From the NCBI GenBank assembly GCA_040220235.1, contig JAVJTO010000157.1: a stretch of 64,000 nt of DNA; one strand, 5' to 3'. A program made the translations under genes and the position numbers. Shown in pieces: positions 29,862 through 40,018 of this stretch; within the stretch, counting starts at the first letter, position 1; the number at the start of each line of letters is the position of its first letter. Origin of the DNA: Coleofasciculus sp. B1-GNL1-01 (lineage in GTDB: Bacteria > Cyanobacteriota > Cyanobacteriia > Cyanobacteriales > Coleofasciculaceae). Below the pieces are notes generated by a model. It had not been told where the DNA came from. It did no database searches and was given only the letters and a program-made list of their open reading frames with translations.

Positions 29862-30893
29862 ATGATAACCACTGCCTCATCCGACCCAAAGCTCTTTGGC
29901 TATTGGGCTTATCTAGCTATTGAAAAACATTTCCAGAGAACCGTTCAGTATGAAACTGATGTTCTCAAGGATAAAGATCCCGAAGCGCTACACCAAATGC
30001 GCGTAGGGATGCGGCGGCTACGGACAGTGGTGAGCGGTTTTGCCCCAGCCCTGGTATTACCCAAAGCTGCTCGTGAGAAAAAGATTGCTAAAGTGGCGCG
30101 ACGGTTGGGACAACTGCGGGATTTGGACATCATGCAAGATGCGCTACAAAATCAGTATCTGCCCACTTTGCCCAACTCTGAACAAAAAATAGGCAAAAAA
30201 GTATTAGCAACGTTGGAAAAGCGGCGTCACCAGGTCTTAGTTCAAGTTCAGAAAACTCTCAAGGATAAACCCTATCAGGAAATGAAACGGGCGTTTCAAG
30301 ATTGGTTGCAGACGCCGACTTACGGAATTTTTGCCGAATTTCCAATTGATCAGATTTTGCCGGATTTACTGTTACCGTTTATGAGTCAGTTTTTCCTCCA
30401 CCCCGCGTGGCTTATGGGTGTACACCTTTCAGACGGACAGAAGCAGGTGGCTCAGGATCTGAGTTTAGAGGATGTGGTTGAACTGTTCAGTGTTCAGGGT
30501 TCAGTGTTGCACAGTTTGCGGAAACAAGCCAAACGAGTGCGTTATCAGATGGAATTATTTACTGACTTTTATGAGACGCCTTATCAGGATTATGTGAACG
30601 AGATTAAATCGATTCAGCGTATTTTGGGACAGATTCAAGACAGTTTCGTCTTGGCAGAATTTCTGTCGGATTGTCTGAACTCAGAAATCAAGAAGAAACT
30701 CCCAACCTTGGTAGAGCAGTTGAGTGGCGATCGTTATCAATTATGGCAGGAATGGCGATCGCTCCAGGAACGATATCTCCATCCCCAAACCCGCAAGGAC
30801 TTGCGTCTAATTGTTGTACACCCAGTAGAGAGTGTGACTCACACCTCATCGGTTAATATCCAAGACGCACAACATGCCAATTTGAGTACATAA
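29862..30893 (+). CDS. CHAD domain protein
   Basis: DPEALHQMRVGMRRLR, LGQLRDLD, LHSLRKQAKRVRY and LGQIQD motifs. Confidence 0.92.
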   Translation: MITTASSDPKLFGYWAYLAIEKHFQRTVQYETDVLKDKDPEALHQMRVGMRRLRTVVSGFAPALVLPKAAREKKIAKVARRLGQLRDLDIMQDALQNQYLPTLPNSEQKIGKKVLATLEKRRHQVLVQVQKTLKDKPYQEMKRAFQDWLQTPTYGIFAEFPIDQILPDLLLPFMSQFFLHPAWLMGVHLSDGQKQVAQDLSLEDVVELFSVQGSVLHSLRKQAKRVRYQMELFTDFYETPYQDYVNEIKSIQRILGQIQDSFVLAEFLSDCLNSEIKKKLPTLVEQLSGDRYQLWQEWRSLQERYLHPQTRKDLRLIVVHPVESVTHTSSVNIQDAQHANLST

Positions 30894-31010
30894 CATTAGA
30901 TATTGAGATGATTTAATCTCTTGATTACCGAGCCTTTACCTTGATTGCTTACAGTAGAGCTGCCCTGCTATACCAGCTTGTAAAAATCTGGCTGGAGAGA
31001 GTTGCAGCCC

Positions 31011-31658
31011 ATGATTCCAACTTCCAGAGCCGTTTTGGACGTAAACCCGACTCAATCTCTTGGTCAAGCCGAACTTCAAGATTCACGTCGATTGCATTTT
31101 TATGCGAAAGGCGACAAAATTCCCATAATTTCTCAAGGAGTTTGGCAGGTTTGCCAAGGTTTAGTTCAGCTCAGTACGCTTTGTCAGAATGGGGAAGAAG
31201 TGTGGCTAGGTTGGGCAGAGCCTTCAATGTTTTTTGGTCGTTGGTTTTCTCTGCTGAGTGCTTACCAAGCCACGGCATTGTCTGACGTCCATCTGATTTG
31301 GTTTTCTATAGAGGAGATCAATGCTTCACCGCGATTGGCTCAGATGATATTACCGCAAATCGTCCACCGGATACGCCAAACTGAGGCACTCCTAGCGATC
31401 GCGGGTCAGCGTCGAGTTGAAGATCGTTTACAACACTTGTTGCGGTTAATGCAACAGGAAATGGGTCAACCTGTACCCGACGGGACTCGTTTGAAGATGC
31501 GCCTGACGCACCAAAACCTTGCCAATGCGATCGGTACGACCCGTGTCACCGTCACCCGACTCCTGAACAAGTTAAAAAATCAGGGCAAGATTAGCTTTGA
31601 CAGCGATCGCCACATTATTATTAAACCAGATAGCTTTAAAAATGTTGCTGAGTGGTAA
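31011..31658 (+). CDS. Crp/Fnr-family transcriptional regulator (CysR-like)
   Basis: C-terminal HTH LTHQNLANAIGTTRVTVTRLL and cNMP-like N-terminal domain. Confidence 0.9.
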   Translation: MIPTSRAVLDVNPTQSLGQAELQDSRRLHFYAKGDKIPIISQGVWQVCQGLVQLSTLCQNGEEVWLGWAEPSMFFGRWFSLLSAYQATALSDVHLIWFSIEEINASPRLAQMILPQIVHRIRQTEALLAIAGQRRVEDRLQHLLRLMQQEMGQPVPDGTRLKMRLTHQNLANAIGTTRVTVTRLLNKLKNQGKISFDSDRHIIIKPDSFKNVAEW

Positions 31659-31664
31659 GGAATT

Positions 31665-31697
31665 AGATCGCCGACTTCTGCAAGAACTTGGGGATCT
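31665..31697. repeat. 33-bp REP hairpin AGATCCCCGACTTC-N5-GAAGTCGGGGATCT, degenerate copy
   Basis: Family copies at 37709, 53148 and 54665. Confidence 0.75.
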
Positions 31698-32027
31698 GGA
31701 CTAGCCAAAGCCAGATCTTAGATGCAGCCGTTTTGAGCTTCATGATTCTGTCCTCCGTCTTTCCAGGACGAAGGATAAATTTTTTTGTCAATATCCGCTA
31801 TATCTTCTCGGATTGAACGCCAGAGAACGCTACTGTCAGAGAAATTTAGGCATTCCCTGACAAACAATAAGCCACTTAATGCGATCGTTTATCCCGATCC
31901 GGCGAGACTATCTCTACTGACAAGGAAGCGATAGGGGCGAATGAATCGCGTTTTATGAGAAAACTTGTTTTCATGGTATTCATCCTCACAGGTATAATAC
32001 AAACAATAGTCAAGCTATCGATGGGGA

Positions 32028-32705
32028 TTGGGAATTGCCAAAGTATGTGTAACCCCAGTCAAATCACACGTTAAATTTTTCAGGAGTAAGCCCCTGTCTT
32101 TGGAGACGATTTCAATTACACCAACTACAGGTAAACAACCAGTGGGACTGGTTGTAGTGTTGCATGGCTGGGGAGCTAATGCTCAGGATTTGCAACCTCT
32201 AGTGCCAGAATTGGCTCTATCCAACTACCATGTCTTGTTACCTAATGCACCCTTTGCTCACCCACAGGTGTCTGGAGGCTATATGTGGTATGACTTGGAA
32301 CGAGAAGATTATCAGGGATTGGCACAAAGTCAACGTTTATTGACAGACTGGTTAAAGTCTTTGGAAAGTCTTACCAAGATTCCTCTAGCTTCTACGATTG
32401 TAATGGGCTTTTCTCAAGGGGGAGCTATGGCTCTAGATGTTGGGTTACATTTGCCCTTGGCGGGTTTAGTGTCAATGAGTGGTTATTGGCATCGCACCCC
32501 TCAAGAGATTGAACCTCCTTTGCCGCCTGTTTTAATTGTTCATGGTAGACAAGATAATGTTGTTCCTTTGAGAGTAGCTCATCGATTGCGGGATTATTTA
32601 CTAGCGCTAGGTGCGCCGATGCAGTACAAAGAGGTGGATATGGGGCATGAGATTGCACCTGAAGTGGTGGAAATTGTGCGGGATTTTATTCTGGTTAATA
32701 CATGA
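32028..32705 (+). CDS. Phospholipase/carboxylesterase (true start probably near 32095)
   Basis: LHGWGAN, GFSQGG, HGRQD.VVP and MGHEI motifs. Confidence 0.9.
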   Translation: MGIAKVCVTPVKSHVKFFRSKPLSLETISITPTTGKQPVGLVVVLHGWGANAQDLQPLVPELALSNYHVLLPNAPFAHPQVSGGYMWYDLEREDYQGLAQSQRLLTDWLKSLESLTKIPLASTIVMGFSQGGAMALDVGLHLPLAGLVSMSGYWHRTPQEIEPPLPPVLIVHGRQDNVVPLRVAHRLRDYLLALGAPMQYKEVDMGHEIAPEVVEIVRDFILVNT

Positions 32706-32765
32706 AATAGGGAACAGGGGGAGATGGGGGAGATGAGGGAGATGGGGGAGTTAACTCAACACTTA

Positions 32766-32963
32766 GTCAGGGCGGGTTTTGTACTAAAGTTACTATCAAT
32801 AGCCGACAGAAAGTCCCTAAACCCGCCCCTACAAACCGGGTTTTGTACTAAAGTTACTATCAATAGCCGACAGAAAGTCCCTAAACCCGCCCCTACAAAC
32901 CGGGTTTTGTACAAACGTTACCATCAATAGCTGACAGAAAGTCCCTAAACCCGCCCCTACAAA
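32766..32963 (+). repeat. Three tandem 64-bp REP-containing units
   Basis: Unit starts at 32773, 32837 and 32901. The first two are identical and the third has a few substitutions. Confidence 0.92.
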
Positions 32964-33005
32964 GTCGGTTGTCTTGAGCGAAGTGAAGGGACACCCAATC
33001 CCCAA

Positions 33006-33785
33006 TTAAAACTCGCGTCGAGAGAAAATCAGAATCGCGATCGCAAGCAGCAAGATCGTGTAGAGTATGGCATAAATGGCATGTTCTAAAAGCTTTACAG
33101 AGGAAGGAAGCAAGCCATAGACTGCCTCATTTTTCAAATTTAGACGGGATAAATCGGGTAAGATTAGGTAAAGACCTTGGGTTATCGTCTCAATCGTCGC
33201 ATTTTCGCTGAGTTTGCCTAACTCCTGTACATCGCGACTCAAATGTCCCATTAAATAAATGCCGAAGGTTAGGAGCGTGGCGAGGATTGAGCTAGTAAAC
33301 ACACCAAACATCAGTGCTACGGCGACAATTAGGCTTAACTCTAAAAACTGATAAAGCTCTGAAATCAGTAGGCTAGCTAAGGGGTAATTAATGCCATTGA
33401 AACTGAGGAGAGCTAAGTAAATAGCTGTCATGGCGATAACTAAAACCGCTAGGACTCCCAGTAATCCTAAATGCTTGCCAATAATTAATTCTGCTCGTGA
33501 GATAGGTTTGGGAATTAAAACCAACACAGTGCGTTTTTCGATTTCCTTATTAATCAAACCTGTCCCAACAAATATGGCAACCAGGACTCCCAACACACCA
33601 ATCGCCGCTAGACCTAAATCCATAAATATTTTATCTTCTGTGGTGGCTGCTACTTCCCTCAGGAGTGGTAACGCAACCACCAACAGCAGGGCAAAAAAGC
33701 CAATCACATAAAAGATGCGATCGCGAATGACTTCCTGAAACCCATTTGTTGCTATTGTCCAAATTCTACCTAAAGTTTTCGTCAT
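33006..33785 (-). CDS. fraE: FraE-like ABC-type permease
   Basis: IA.N.FQEVIRDRI and KEIEKRTVLVLIPKP motifs, third gene of the fraCDE synteny. Confidence 0.8.
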   Translation of the reverse strand: MTKTLGRIWTIATNGFQEVIRDRIFYVIGFFALLLVVALPLLREVAATTEDKIFMDLGLAAIGVLGVLVAIFVGTGLINKEIEKRTVLVLIPKPISRAELIIGKHLGLLGVLAVLVIAMTAIYLALLSFNGINYPLASLLISELYQFLELSLIVAVALMFGVFTSSILATLLTFGIYLMGHLSRDVQELGKLSENATIETITQGLYLILPDLSRLNLKNEAVYGLLPSSVKLLEHAIYAILYTILLLAIAILIFSRREF

Positions 33786-33837
33786 TTCTCCTTGGTCTTA
33801 TGTCCTTTGTGTTCTATCAATTCATTCGTTGGGTCGA

Positions 33838-33965
33838 TATAGCACTACGCACTCTAGTTAGGACAAATGAAGAAAAAATCAAATCACTCAATCCCTTGTA
33901 AGGTAAGCGTTTTTCTTCACTATTGCCTATTGCCCATTGCCCATTGCCCAGCGCGTGGCGCTATA
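33838..33965. mobile_element. MITE-like element with internal (T/C)ATTGCC heptamer repeats
   Basis: TIRs TATAGCACTACGC / GCGTGGCGCTATA, inserted between fraD and fraE. Confidence 0.65.
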
Positions 33966-33967
33966 AT

Positions 33968-34999
33968 TCATAAACTTGGTGCTTTAGAGGTAACAATCGG
34001 TTCAGCGACGCCCCATCCTTCTACCGGATCACATTCTATCTGACTGATGAGACTAATACCTGTATCAGTTTGACGATTGACAGGTATTATCTGACAAGAC
34101 TTAGTGAGTACGTTGGGTTTAATTTGCGATCGCGGACCTTGCCAAAGGGTATTTAGTTGAAAGTTATACCCCGACTCCCGGAGCGAAATATCACCGAGAC
34201 TCACGTCTTGCCACAAGTTGTCTTCTTTGATATCAGGAGAGGCAATTTCTTGCCTCACTTGGGCGTCAATCTGCTTAATTAGCTGAATCAGTTTTTGGCG
34301 TTCTCGAATTAGAAGAATTTGTTCGATATCTGACCACTCTTGGTTATTGAGCTGTTCTTCTAAGCGAGATGCTACTAAATCTAAAATGGTAGTCCCACGG
34401 GGTAGCCTTTGTTTCGATTCATCGGTGGATAGTCTGACCACAAAGGCACTTTTTTCAAATGTATCAGACGCAAGTGTGGGATATTGAATTAACCAGTTTT
34501 GTACCAAAAAATAGAATTGAAACCAACTGCTTAGTATTAACTGACTTGTGAATAACCACACCAGCGGTTGACGTTTGTCTCTATCGGGTATTTTGGGTTG
34601 AAAATTCTCACCTAAACAAGTGGGCAATGCCGCAATTATTGCCGATATCAGGGGCCAGATCACTAAAGCGTAGGCTGGCAATTCGCCTGTAACAATGCCA
34701 ACAATATAAATGGTAACCAACGCACCTGTAATCCAGGGACTTAAGAGGATTTTACCAATGCTGATGTCTTTATTGCTAGTTGTTGCCCAATAGACACCTA
34801 AAATTAAAAACCACCAACTAAAACTCGCTAATAGAATTGTAAAAAGATTCGTCGCCAGAAACGACATTGCCCACGAGAATACGCTTAACCCGATCAGGGT
34901 CTGCCAAGAGAAAGCTGTGTCCGGGTTAAAGATTTCAAAGATAGTTCTTAGGAGATTATTTACCCAATTTAATATATTGTTTAAAATTTTCCTAATCAT
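33968..34999 (-). CDS. fraD: Septal junction protein FraD
   Basis: P.TAFSWQT.I.LSVFSW..S.LAT motif, several TM helices, then a periplasmic domain. Confidence 0.82.
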   Translation of the reverse strand: MIRKILNNILNWVNNLLRTIFEIFNPDTAFSWQTLIGLSVFSWAMSFLATNLFTILLASFSWWFLILGVYWATTSNKDISIGKILLSPWITGALVTIYIVGIVTGELPAYALVIWPLISAIIAALPTCLGENFQPKIPDRDKRQPLVWLFTSQLILSSWFQFYFLVQNWLIQYPTLASDTFEKSAFVVRLSTDESKQRLPRGTTILDLVASRLEEQLNNQEWSDIEQILLIRERQKLIQLIKQIDAQVRQEIASPDIKEDNLWQDVSLGDISLRESGYNFQLNTLWQGPRSQIKPNVLTKSCQIIPVNRQTDTGISLISQIECDPVEGWGVAEPIVTSKAPSL

Positions 35000-35091
35000 T
35001 GGTTTAATTTGAAGCTAAAGGTAAGAGAATTGGAGGTCGTTGTAACAGACTGAAAACTACTTAAATTCAGTATTTATCGGTTGGGTATCGC

Positions 35092-35676
35092 TTAGAATAG
35101 AGTATTAAATCCAAGAATATTCAAGTCCATAAACCGTAAGACTAAAATCAGCAAGATAGCACTGTAGCTATAGGCATTAGCCAGTAGCAAAGTAAAAGCA
35201 GGATTGGGTTTAGGCTGGGTAATCTTCCGCTTGGGTTGCTTAAACAAGCTGGGTCTTTTGTTAGATATGTCGGAACTCATTTCAAACTGTTCTGGTTTAT
35301 CATGAATCCATTGCTTTATCAGTTCAAAACCGATTATTTTAATAATAAAACTAAAAAAGAAAATCATGATACCAATCGAAATCAGTTGAGGATTTGGTGT
35401 ATCTAATTGACTACCTAGGGGATGATCAAAGAAAATAAAGTTCACAATTTGAATTCGCAAAAATTGAGGCAACAAAGTCTCTAGAACTAAAAATGTTAAC
35501 CAACCTAGGACAACGCTCCACAAATTCAGCGAGGTAGCATATTGCACACTGGTTTTACGAGTAAGGTTTAGCCGTCGGTGCAAGACCCTAGCTTCTAGGG
35601 CGATCGCGACCAACAGGAATAAGATTTGAAAGAGAATCAGTTGGAGAGGTAAGACAATAGTTAGGTTATCTACCAT
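35092..35676 (-). CDS. fraC: Filament integrity protein FraC
   Basis: LF.ILFLLVAI.LE..V.HRRL...RKTS..YA...N motif, first gene of the operon. Confidence 0.82.
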   Translation of the reverse strand: MVDNLTIVLPLQLILFQILFLLVAIALEARVLHRRLNLTRKTSVQYATSLNLWSVVLGWLTFLVLETLLPQFLRIQIVNFIFFDHPLGSQLDTPNPQLISIGIMIFFFSFIIKIIGFELIKQWIHDKPEQFEMSSDISNKRPSLFKQPKRKITQPKPNPAFTLLLANAYSYSAILLILVLRFMDLNILGFNTLF

Positions 35677-35920
35677 AATGGTTTCCGTTTAATCGATGGT
35701 ATCAGTTCCTCGTTCGTCATACTCGCTTTCGTTAGCGACGATCAATGTTACATCCTGGGAACCTCTGACATTCAGCCTTATTCCTCCTAACGACGACGGG
35801 GATAACTGTCTGGCTTGTTTATACTATATTAGATTGGCAGGGATAAGAGGATAAATATTATTCTTACCATTCCCGGTTATATCGCTAAACTGAGTTGGGG
35901 TAAAGTCTTAAGGATCGTCC

Positions 35921-37054
35921 ATGACCAGAACAGGTATTGGTATTCGCACGGCGGCTGAGCGTACAGAACGGATCACGGGTCAGATTCATGTTTACGATGG
36001 CATCGGTAAGGGGAAGTCTCAAGCCGCATTGGGCGTGGTTTTGCGCTCAATTGGTTTGGGAATCAACTGTGCGGAATCCAGTCGGGTCTTATTGTTACAG
36101 TTTCTTAAGGGACCGGGACGGAACTATGATGAGGATGCGGCGATTGAGGCGTTGCGACGGGCGTTTCCTCACTTGATTGATCAGGTTCGCACGGGACGAA
36201 GTGAGTTTTTTACCCAAGAGGAAGTGACGCGGTTTGACACGTTAGAGGCGCAGCGCGGTTGGGATGTGGCGAAAGGGGCGATCGCGTCCAATCTCTATTC
36301 GGTTGTGGTGCTGGATGAGTTGAATCCGTTGCTGGATTTGGGATTACTCCCGGTTGAGGAGGTGGTGCAAACCCTGAAAAATAAACCGCCGTCTCTGGAA
36401 GTGATTGTCACGGGACGCGGAACACCGCCAGCGCTGTTGGATTTGGCGGATTTACATAGTGAGTCGGTTCCTCATGATCATCCGGTTTCTCGGGAACAGG
36501 GGATTGAGGGAATTGAAATTTATACGGGTGCGGGGAAAGGAAAATCAACTAATGCGTTAGGGAAGGCGTTACAAGCCATTGGTCGGGGAATTAGTACGGA
36601 TAAATCCCACCGGGTAATGATTATGCAGTGGCTGAAGGGAGGAAGCGGATATACCGAAGACGCCGCGATCGCAGCCTTGCGTCAAAGTTACCCGAATCTG
36701 GTGGATCATCAGCGTTGTGGTCGAGATGCGATCGTTTGGCGGGGACAGCAGCAGATTTTGGATTATGTGGAAGCGGAACGGGGATGGGAAATTGCGAGGG
36801 CGGCGTTAGCGTCAGGGTTGTATAAAACAATTATTCTGGATGAACTGAATCCGACGGTTGACTTGGAACTGTTGCAGGTTGAACCGATTGTCGAGGCGCT
36901 GTTACGTAAACCTCGTGACACGGAGGTTATTATTACAGGTCGTTGTAAAAATCAACCTGCTTATTTTGAATTGGCGACGGTTCATTCGGAGATGATTTGT
37001 CACAAGCATTATTGTGACAAAGGGGTGGATTTGAAGCGAGGGGTGGATTTTTAA
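35921..37054 (+). CDS. Double-domain CobO/BtuR-like cob(I)yrinic acid a,c-diamide adenosyltransferase
   Basis: Two repeats of the Y.G.GKGKS P-loop, Q(F/W)LKG, LDELNP and TGR. Confidence 0.85.
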   Translation: MTRTGIGIRTAAERTERITGQIHVYDGIGKGKSQAALGVVLRSIGLGINCAESSRVLLLQFLKGPGRNYDEDAAIEALRRAFPHLIDQVRTGRSEFFTQEEVTRFDTLEAQRGWDVAKGAIASNLYSVVVLDELNPLLDLGLLPVEEVVQTLKNKPPSLEVIVTGRGTPPALLDLADLHSESVPHDHPVSREQGIEGIEIYTGAGKGKSTNALGKALQAIGRGISTDKSHRVMIMQWLKGGSGYTEDAAIAALRQSYPNLVDHQRCGRDAIVWRGQQQILDYVEAERGWEIARAALASGLYKTIILDELNPTVDLELLQVEPIVEALLRKPRDTEVIITGRCKNQPAYFELATVHSEMICHKHYCDKGVDLKRGVDF

Positions 37055-37154
37055 GGTATTTGTCATTCGTCATACTCAAGGGAACGCCAAGCAAGTTATG
37101 TCCTTTGTCAGGGAACAGTTTTTCTATTTGCCTCTATCCTTTATATAACAAGCA

Positions 37155-37349
37155 TTACAGCCGATAATCTTCAAAGGAGCGATCGCGGTTTTGAACGCCT
37201 AAAGATAGACTCAAGTCTGAATCCGAGTTCCTGCTTAGGTTTGAGTGCGATTCTACCTCACGAGTGATGGTTTCCCCGGTTCTGTATTGATACATTAGTA
37301 ATAGCAAAGGAAAACGGCACTGGATGGAGGTTGTTCCGCTGTGATCCAT
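37155..37349 (-). CDS. Possible small protein (64 aa, MDHSGTTSIQCRFPLLLLMYQ...)
   Basis: ATG-started short ORF within a structured intergenic region. Coding status unverified. Confidence 0.3.
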   Translation of the reverse strand: MDHSGTTSIQCRFPLLLLMYQYRTGETITREVESHSNLSRNSDSDLSLSLGVQNRDRSFEDYRL

Positions 37350-37585
37350 TGTCGGACATCGAAGGAGAGCGACGTCAGATGTCTGGACAGTGTCGGATAA
37401 GCGATAGCTGAGGCGGTTGTGGAGTTTTTGTCGCTTCCTCCACTTCGTCACTACCAATGGGGGACGAAACTCCCCATCAGAGCGGTCAAAGGTAGTGAAC
37501 GCCTAGAGTCGTGGCTTATAACAAATCGATATATCACTCAAACCGTCTGGGCTGATGTCCGAGGCGGTTTGTGTTATGAGTTTGG
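37192..37585 (+). ncRNA. Candidate structured RNA
   Basis: At least six stems, several containing G-U pairs on the + strand (see findings). Confidence 0.35.
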
Positions 37586-37708
37586 CATCACTCTGTTCTA
37601 CAGCACTTTCTAACACCGTGTAGTACAGCAATCATCAGATAGCTTTGCTCTACTCTTGTTTAGCTGTATCACATGGAGTCTGAAAACGCTATAATCAACG
37701 TTGTAGAC

Positions 37709-37741
37709 AGATCCCCAACTTCTCCAAGAAGTCGGGGATCT
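37709..37741. repeat. 33-bp REP hairpin
   Basis: AGATCCCCAACTTCTCCAAGAAGTCGGGGATCT. Confidence 0.85.
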
Positions 37742-37844
37742 TGCTTAGAGACTGTACCTCATCCGCTCAGAATAGCCAATCTGTTTCACCCCGGCAGCAA
37801 TCGTCTCTATTGCTTGCACCACAATCATTAGAGCCGATAACCTC

Positions 37845-37964
37845 AAGCTGTTCGGCATTTAAACCTTAATATCAATAACGGCGAAAGCCTTGTAGTGCGT
37901 TTAGCGAAGCCATGCCGAAGGCTTTAGCGAAGCCATGCCGCAGGCTTTGCATCTTGCTCGCTAC
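37845..37964 (-). mobile_element. Truncated inverted copy of the 14829 MITE
   Basis: Near-identical reverse complement including both 23-bp inserts. One TIR is missing. Confidence 0.8.
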
Positions 37965-37970
37965 TAATAC

Positions 37971-40001
37971 TTAACCCTCTTTTTGCTGCAAAAATTCCTG
38001 CAAATCCCTCTGCACCTGCTGATATAATTGCGGCGACTCACCCTTTAACCCAATTAAACTATATAACTTTACCGTCCCCGCCCGTCCTCTTACCTCTTCT
38101 TCCCCTACCGACACCACCTCAACCTCATCTTTGACAACTTGATACAGAGAATCGGTAATCAAAATATCTGTGCCAAATTTCTTCGTTAACCCCTCTACCC
38201 GACTCGCTACATTCACCGCATCACCAATCACCGCATATTCTCGACGACGCTGAGAACCAATATCCCCAGCAATTAACTCCCCATAATTAATCCCAATCCC
38301 ATTAAATAACGGAATTCGTTCTTCCTGACGCCATTCCTCACGTAGCTGATGCAAGGCTTTTCGCATCCCTAATGCCGCACGAATGGCATTCATCGCATCG
38401 GTTTCTTCCCCTTCAGATACCGGACAACCAAACTCAGCCATTACCGCATCGCCAATAAATTTATCCACAGTACCGCCAGCATCTAAAATCACCTCAACCA
38501 TGTCATTGAGATATCGATTCAGTTGTCGCACTAATCGGACAGGTGAAATTTGGGAGGATAGGGTGGTAAAGCCGCGAATGTCGGAGAATAAAATAGCGGC
38601 TTTTAATTTACGTCCTTTTAGTAATTCCTGATAATCATCGTGTTGCTTGAGAATTTCTTGAACGACAGGTGCGGCGACATACCGTTCTAAGGTACTGCGG
38701 AAGCGGCGTTTTTCAATTTGATCCCCAATGAAAAGTGCTGTAAAGTAGGAAAAACTATTTAGGGTCATCGCGATCGCAGGAACGGCAATGGGGAAAATCA
38801 GTCTGGCGCTGCTATAGCCTAAAAATGCTAGTCCTACCCAAACCACTGCCATCCCCAATCCCCAAAACAAGCTTGCCGCAGTACGTCGGGGGAGTTTATA
38901 CAACAGGATAGCGGTTCCCCCAACCAAGACAAACACAAACAATCCCTCTAGCCACGGATTGGGGATGGCGATAGCGATTGAACGTCCTTCCATTAAGGTG
39001 GCGATCGCGTTAGCATGAAGTTCCACCCCTGGCATATTGAATTGGATAGGTGTCGGCACAAAATCACCGATATTTTGCTCATCGGCTGTTGTGCCAATCA
39101 AGACAATTTTGTCTTTAAAGGTTTCTTCTCGTAAATGCACGTCCCATATATCTGATGCCAGAACCTGCCAAAATGGAATCGTGGTAAAAACACCTTGATT
39201 CTGAGTTGGTGTTCCGTAGAAGAAAACCTGACTCCCTTTTGGGGGTGGATAGCTAACATTTGCCACGTCTAAGGTAGCTTTAGCAAATGAAGGAATCCTT
39301 TCTAATCCCAACGGTTGCAGAATTTCCCGGCTGTATTCATTCCCCAGCCGATACACATTCCCATCCACCTCTGGGGGTAAAAAGTTGACTAAACCCAGTT
39401 GCGCCGAATCTGGATAAAGTTCGGGTAACGGCTTATACAACTCATACGTCGTAAACCCTTGGGGATCAATGGTATCTTCGTAGACAGCCGCTAGCACAAT
39501 GCGATCGCTATAGTTAGTTAATGCTTGTTTAAACGGCTGATCATCTTCAGCACCATACCCACTGGGAAGATCAAATAGTAAATCAAAGGATACTGACTTA
39601 GCACCCGCCGCCATTAACCGTTCAAGCACCTCAGCATAAGCGGTTCGCTTCCAGGGAAACGGTGGTGTTAGCAACTCCACAACCAAGGCTTTATTCGGAT
39701 CAACGGGATTGCTGTAGCGTTCTGATGCCGTTAATGATTGATCATCAATCGCTAAAATTACAATATCATCAGGCGGTACAACGGGTCCACGTAATTCAAT
39801 GAACCACTTTTGGCTTTGCCGTTCAGCTAGCTGTATAAGTGTTCCCTGCCAAACCGTTACTCCAGCACCGACAATCGCCCAGCATCCCATTAGCATCAAA
39901 CCAATTCGTTCGGGACGCCAAAACGGTTGGGAGTGACTCCGGCGACGCCGTCGGATGCGTTTTCGTCGTTGTTTTTCCAGCCATTGCCACCAGTGATTCA
40001 T
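37971..40001 (-). CDS. CHASE2-domain class III adenylate/guanylate cyclase
   Basis: CHASE2 (ILAIDD, FPW.R, GVELHANAI), 3 TM helices, FSDIRGFT, DKFIGD and GDAVNVASRVE. Confidence 0.93.
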   Translation of the reverse strand: MNHWWQWLEKQRRKRIRRRRRSHSQPFWRPERIGLMLMGCWAIVGAGVTVWQGTLIQLAERQSQKWFIELRGPVVPPDDIVILAIDDQSLTASERYSNPVDPNKALVVELLTPPFPWKRTAYAEVLERLMAAGAKSVSFDLLFDLPSGYGAEDDQPFKQALTNYSDRIVLAAVYEDTIDPQGFTTYELYKPLPELYPDSAQLGLVNFLPPEVDGNVYRLGNEYSREILQPLGLERIPSFAKATLDVANVSYPPPKGSQVFFYGTPTQNQGVFTTIPFWQVLASDIWDVHLREETFKDKIVLIGTTADEQNIGDFVPTPIQFNMPGVELHANAIATLMEGRSIAIAIPNPWLEGLFVFVLVGGTAILLYKLPRRTAASLFWGLGMAVVWVGLAFLGYSSARLIFPIAVPAIAMTLNSFSYFTALFIGDQIEKRRFRSTLERYVAAPVVQEILKQHDDYQELLKGRKLKAAILFSDIRGFTTLSSQISPVRLVRQLNRYLNDMVEVILDAGGTVDKFIGDAVMAEFGCPVSEGEETDAMNAIRAALGMRKALHQLREEWRQEERIPLFNGIGINYGELIAGDIGSQRRREYAVIGDAVNVASRVEGLTKKFGTDILITDSLYQVVKDEVEVVSVGEEEVRGRAGTVKLYSLIGLKGESPQLYQQVQRDLQEFLQQKEG

Positions 40002-40018
40002 TGCCCTGACTCCAACGA

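Noticed and set aside
32766..32963. CRISPR array
   Set aside because: The would-be spacers are nearly identical, the arms are dispersed REPs, and there are no cas genes.
37455..37560. Hammerhead ribozyme (CGAAAC and CTGATG words)
   Set aside because: CTGATG is followed by T rather than A, and both words sit in hairpin loops rather than a three-way junction.
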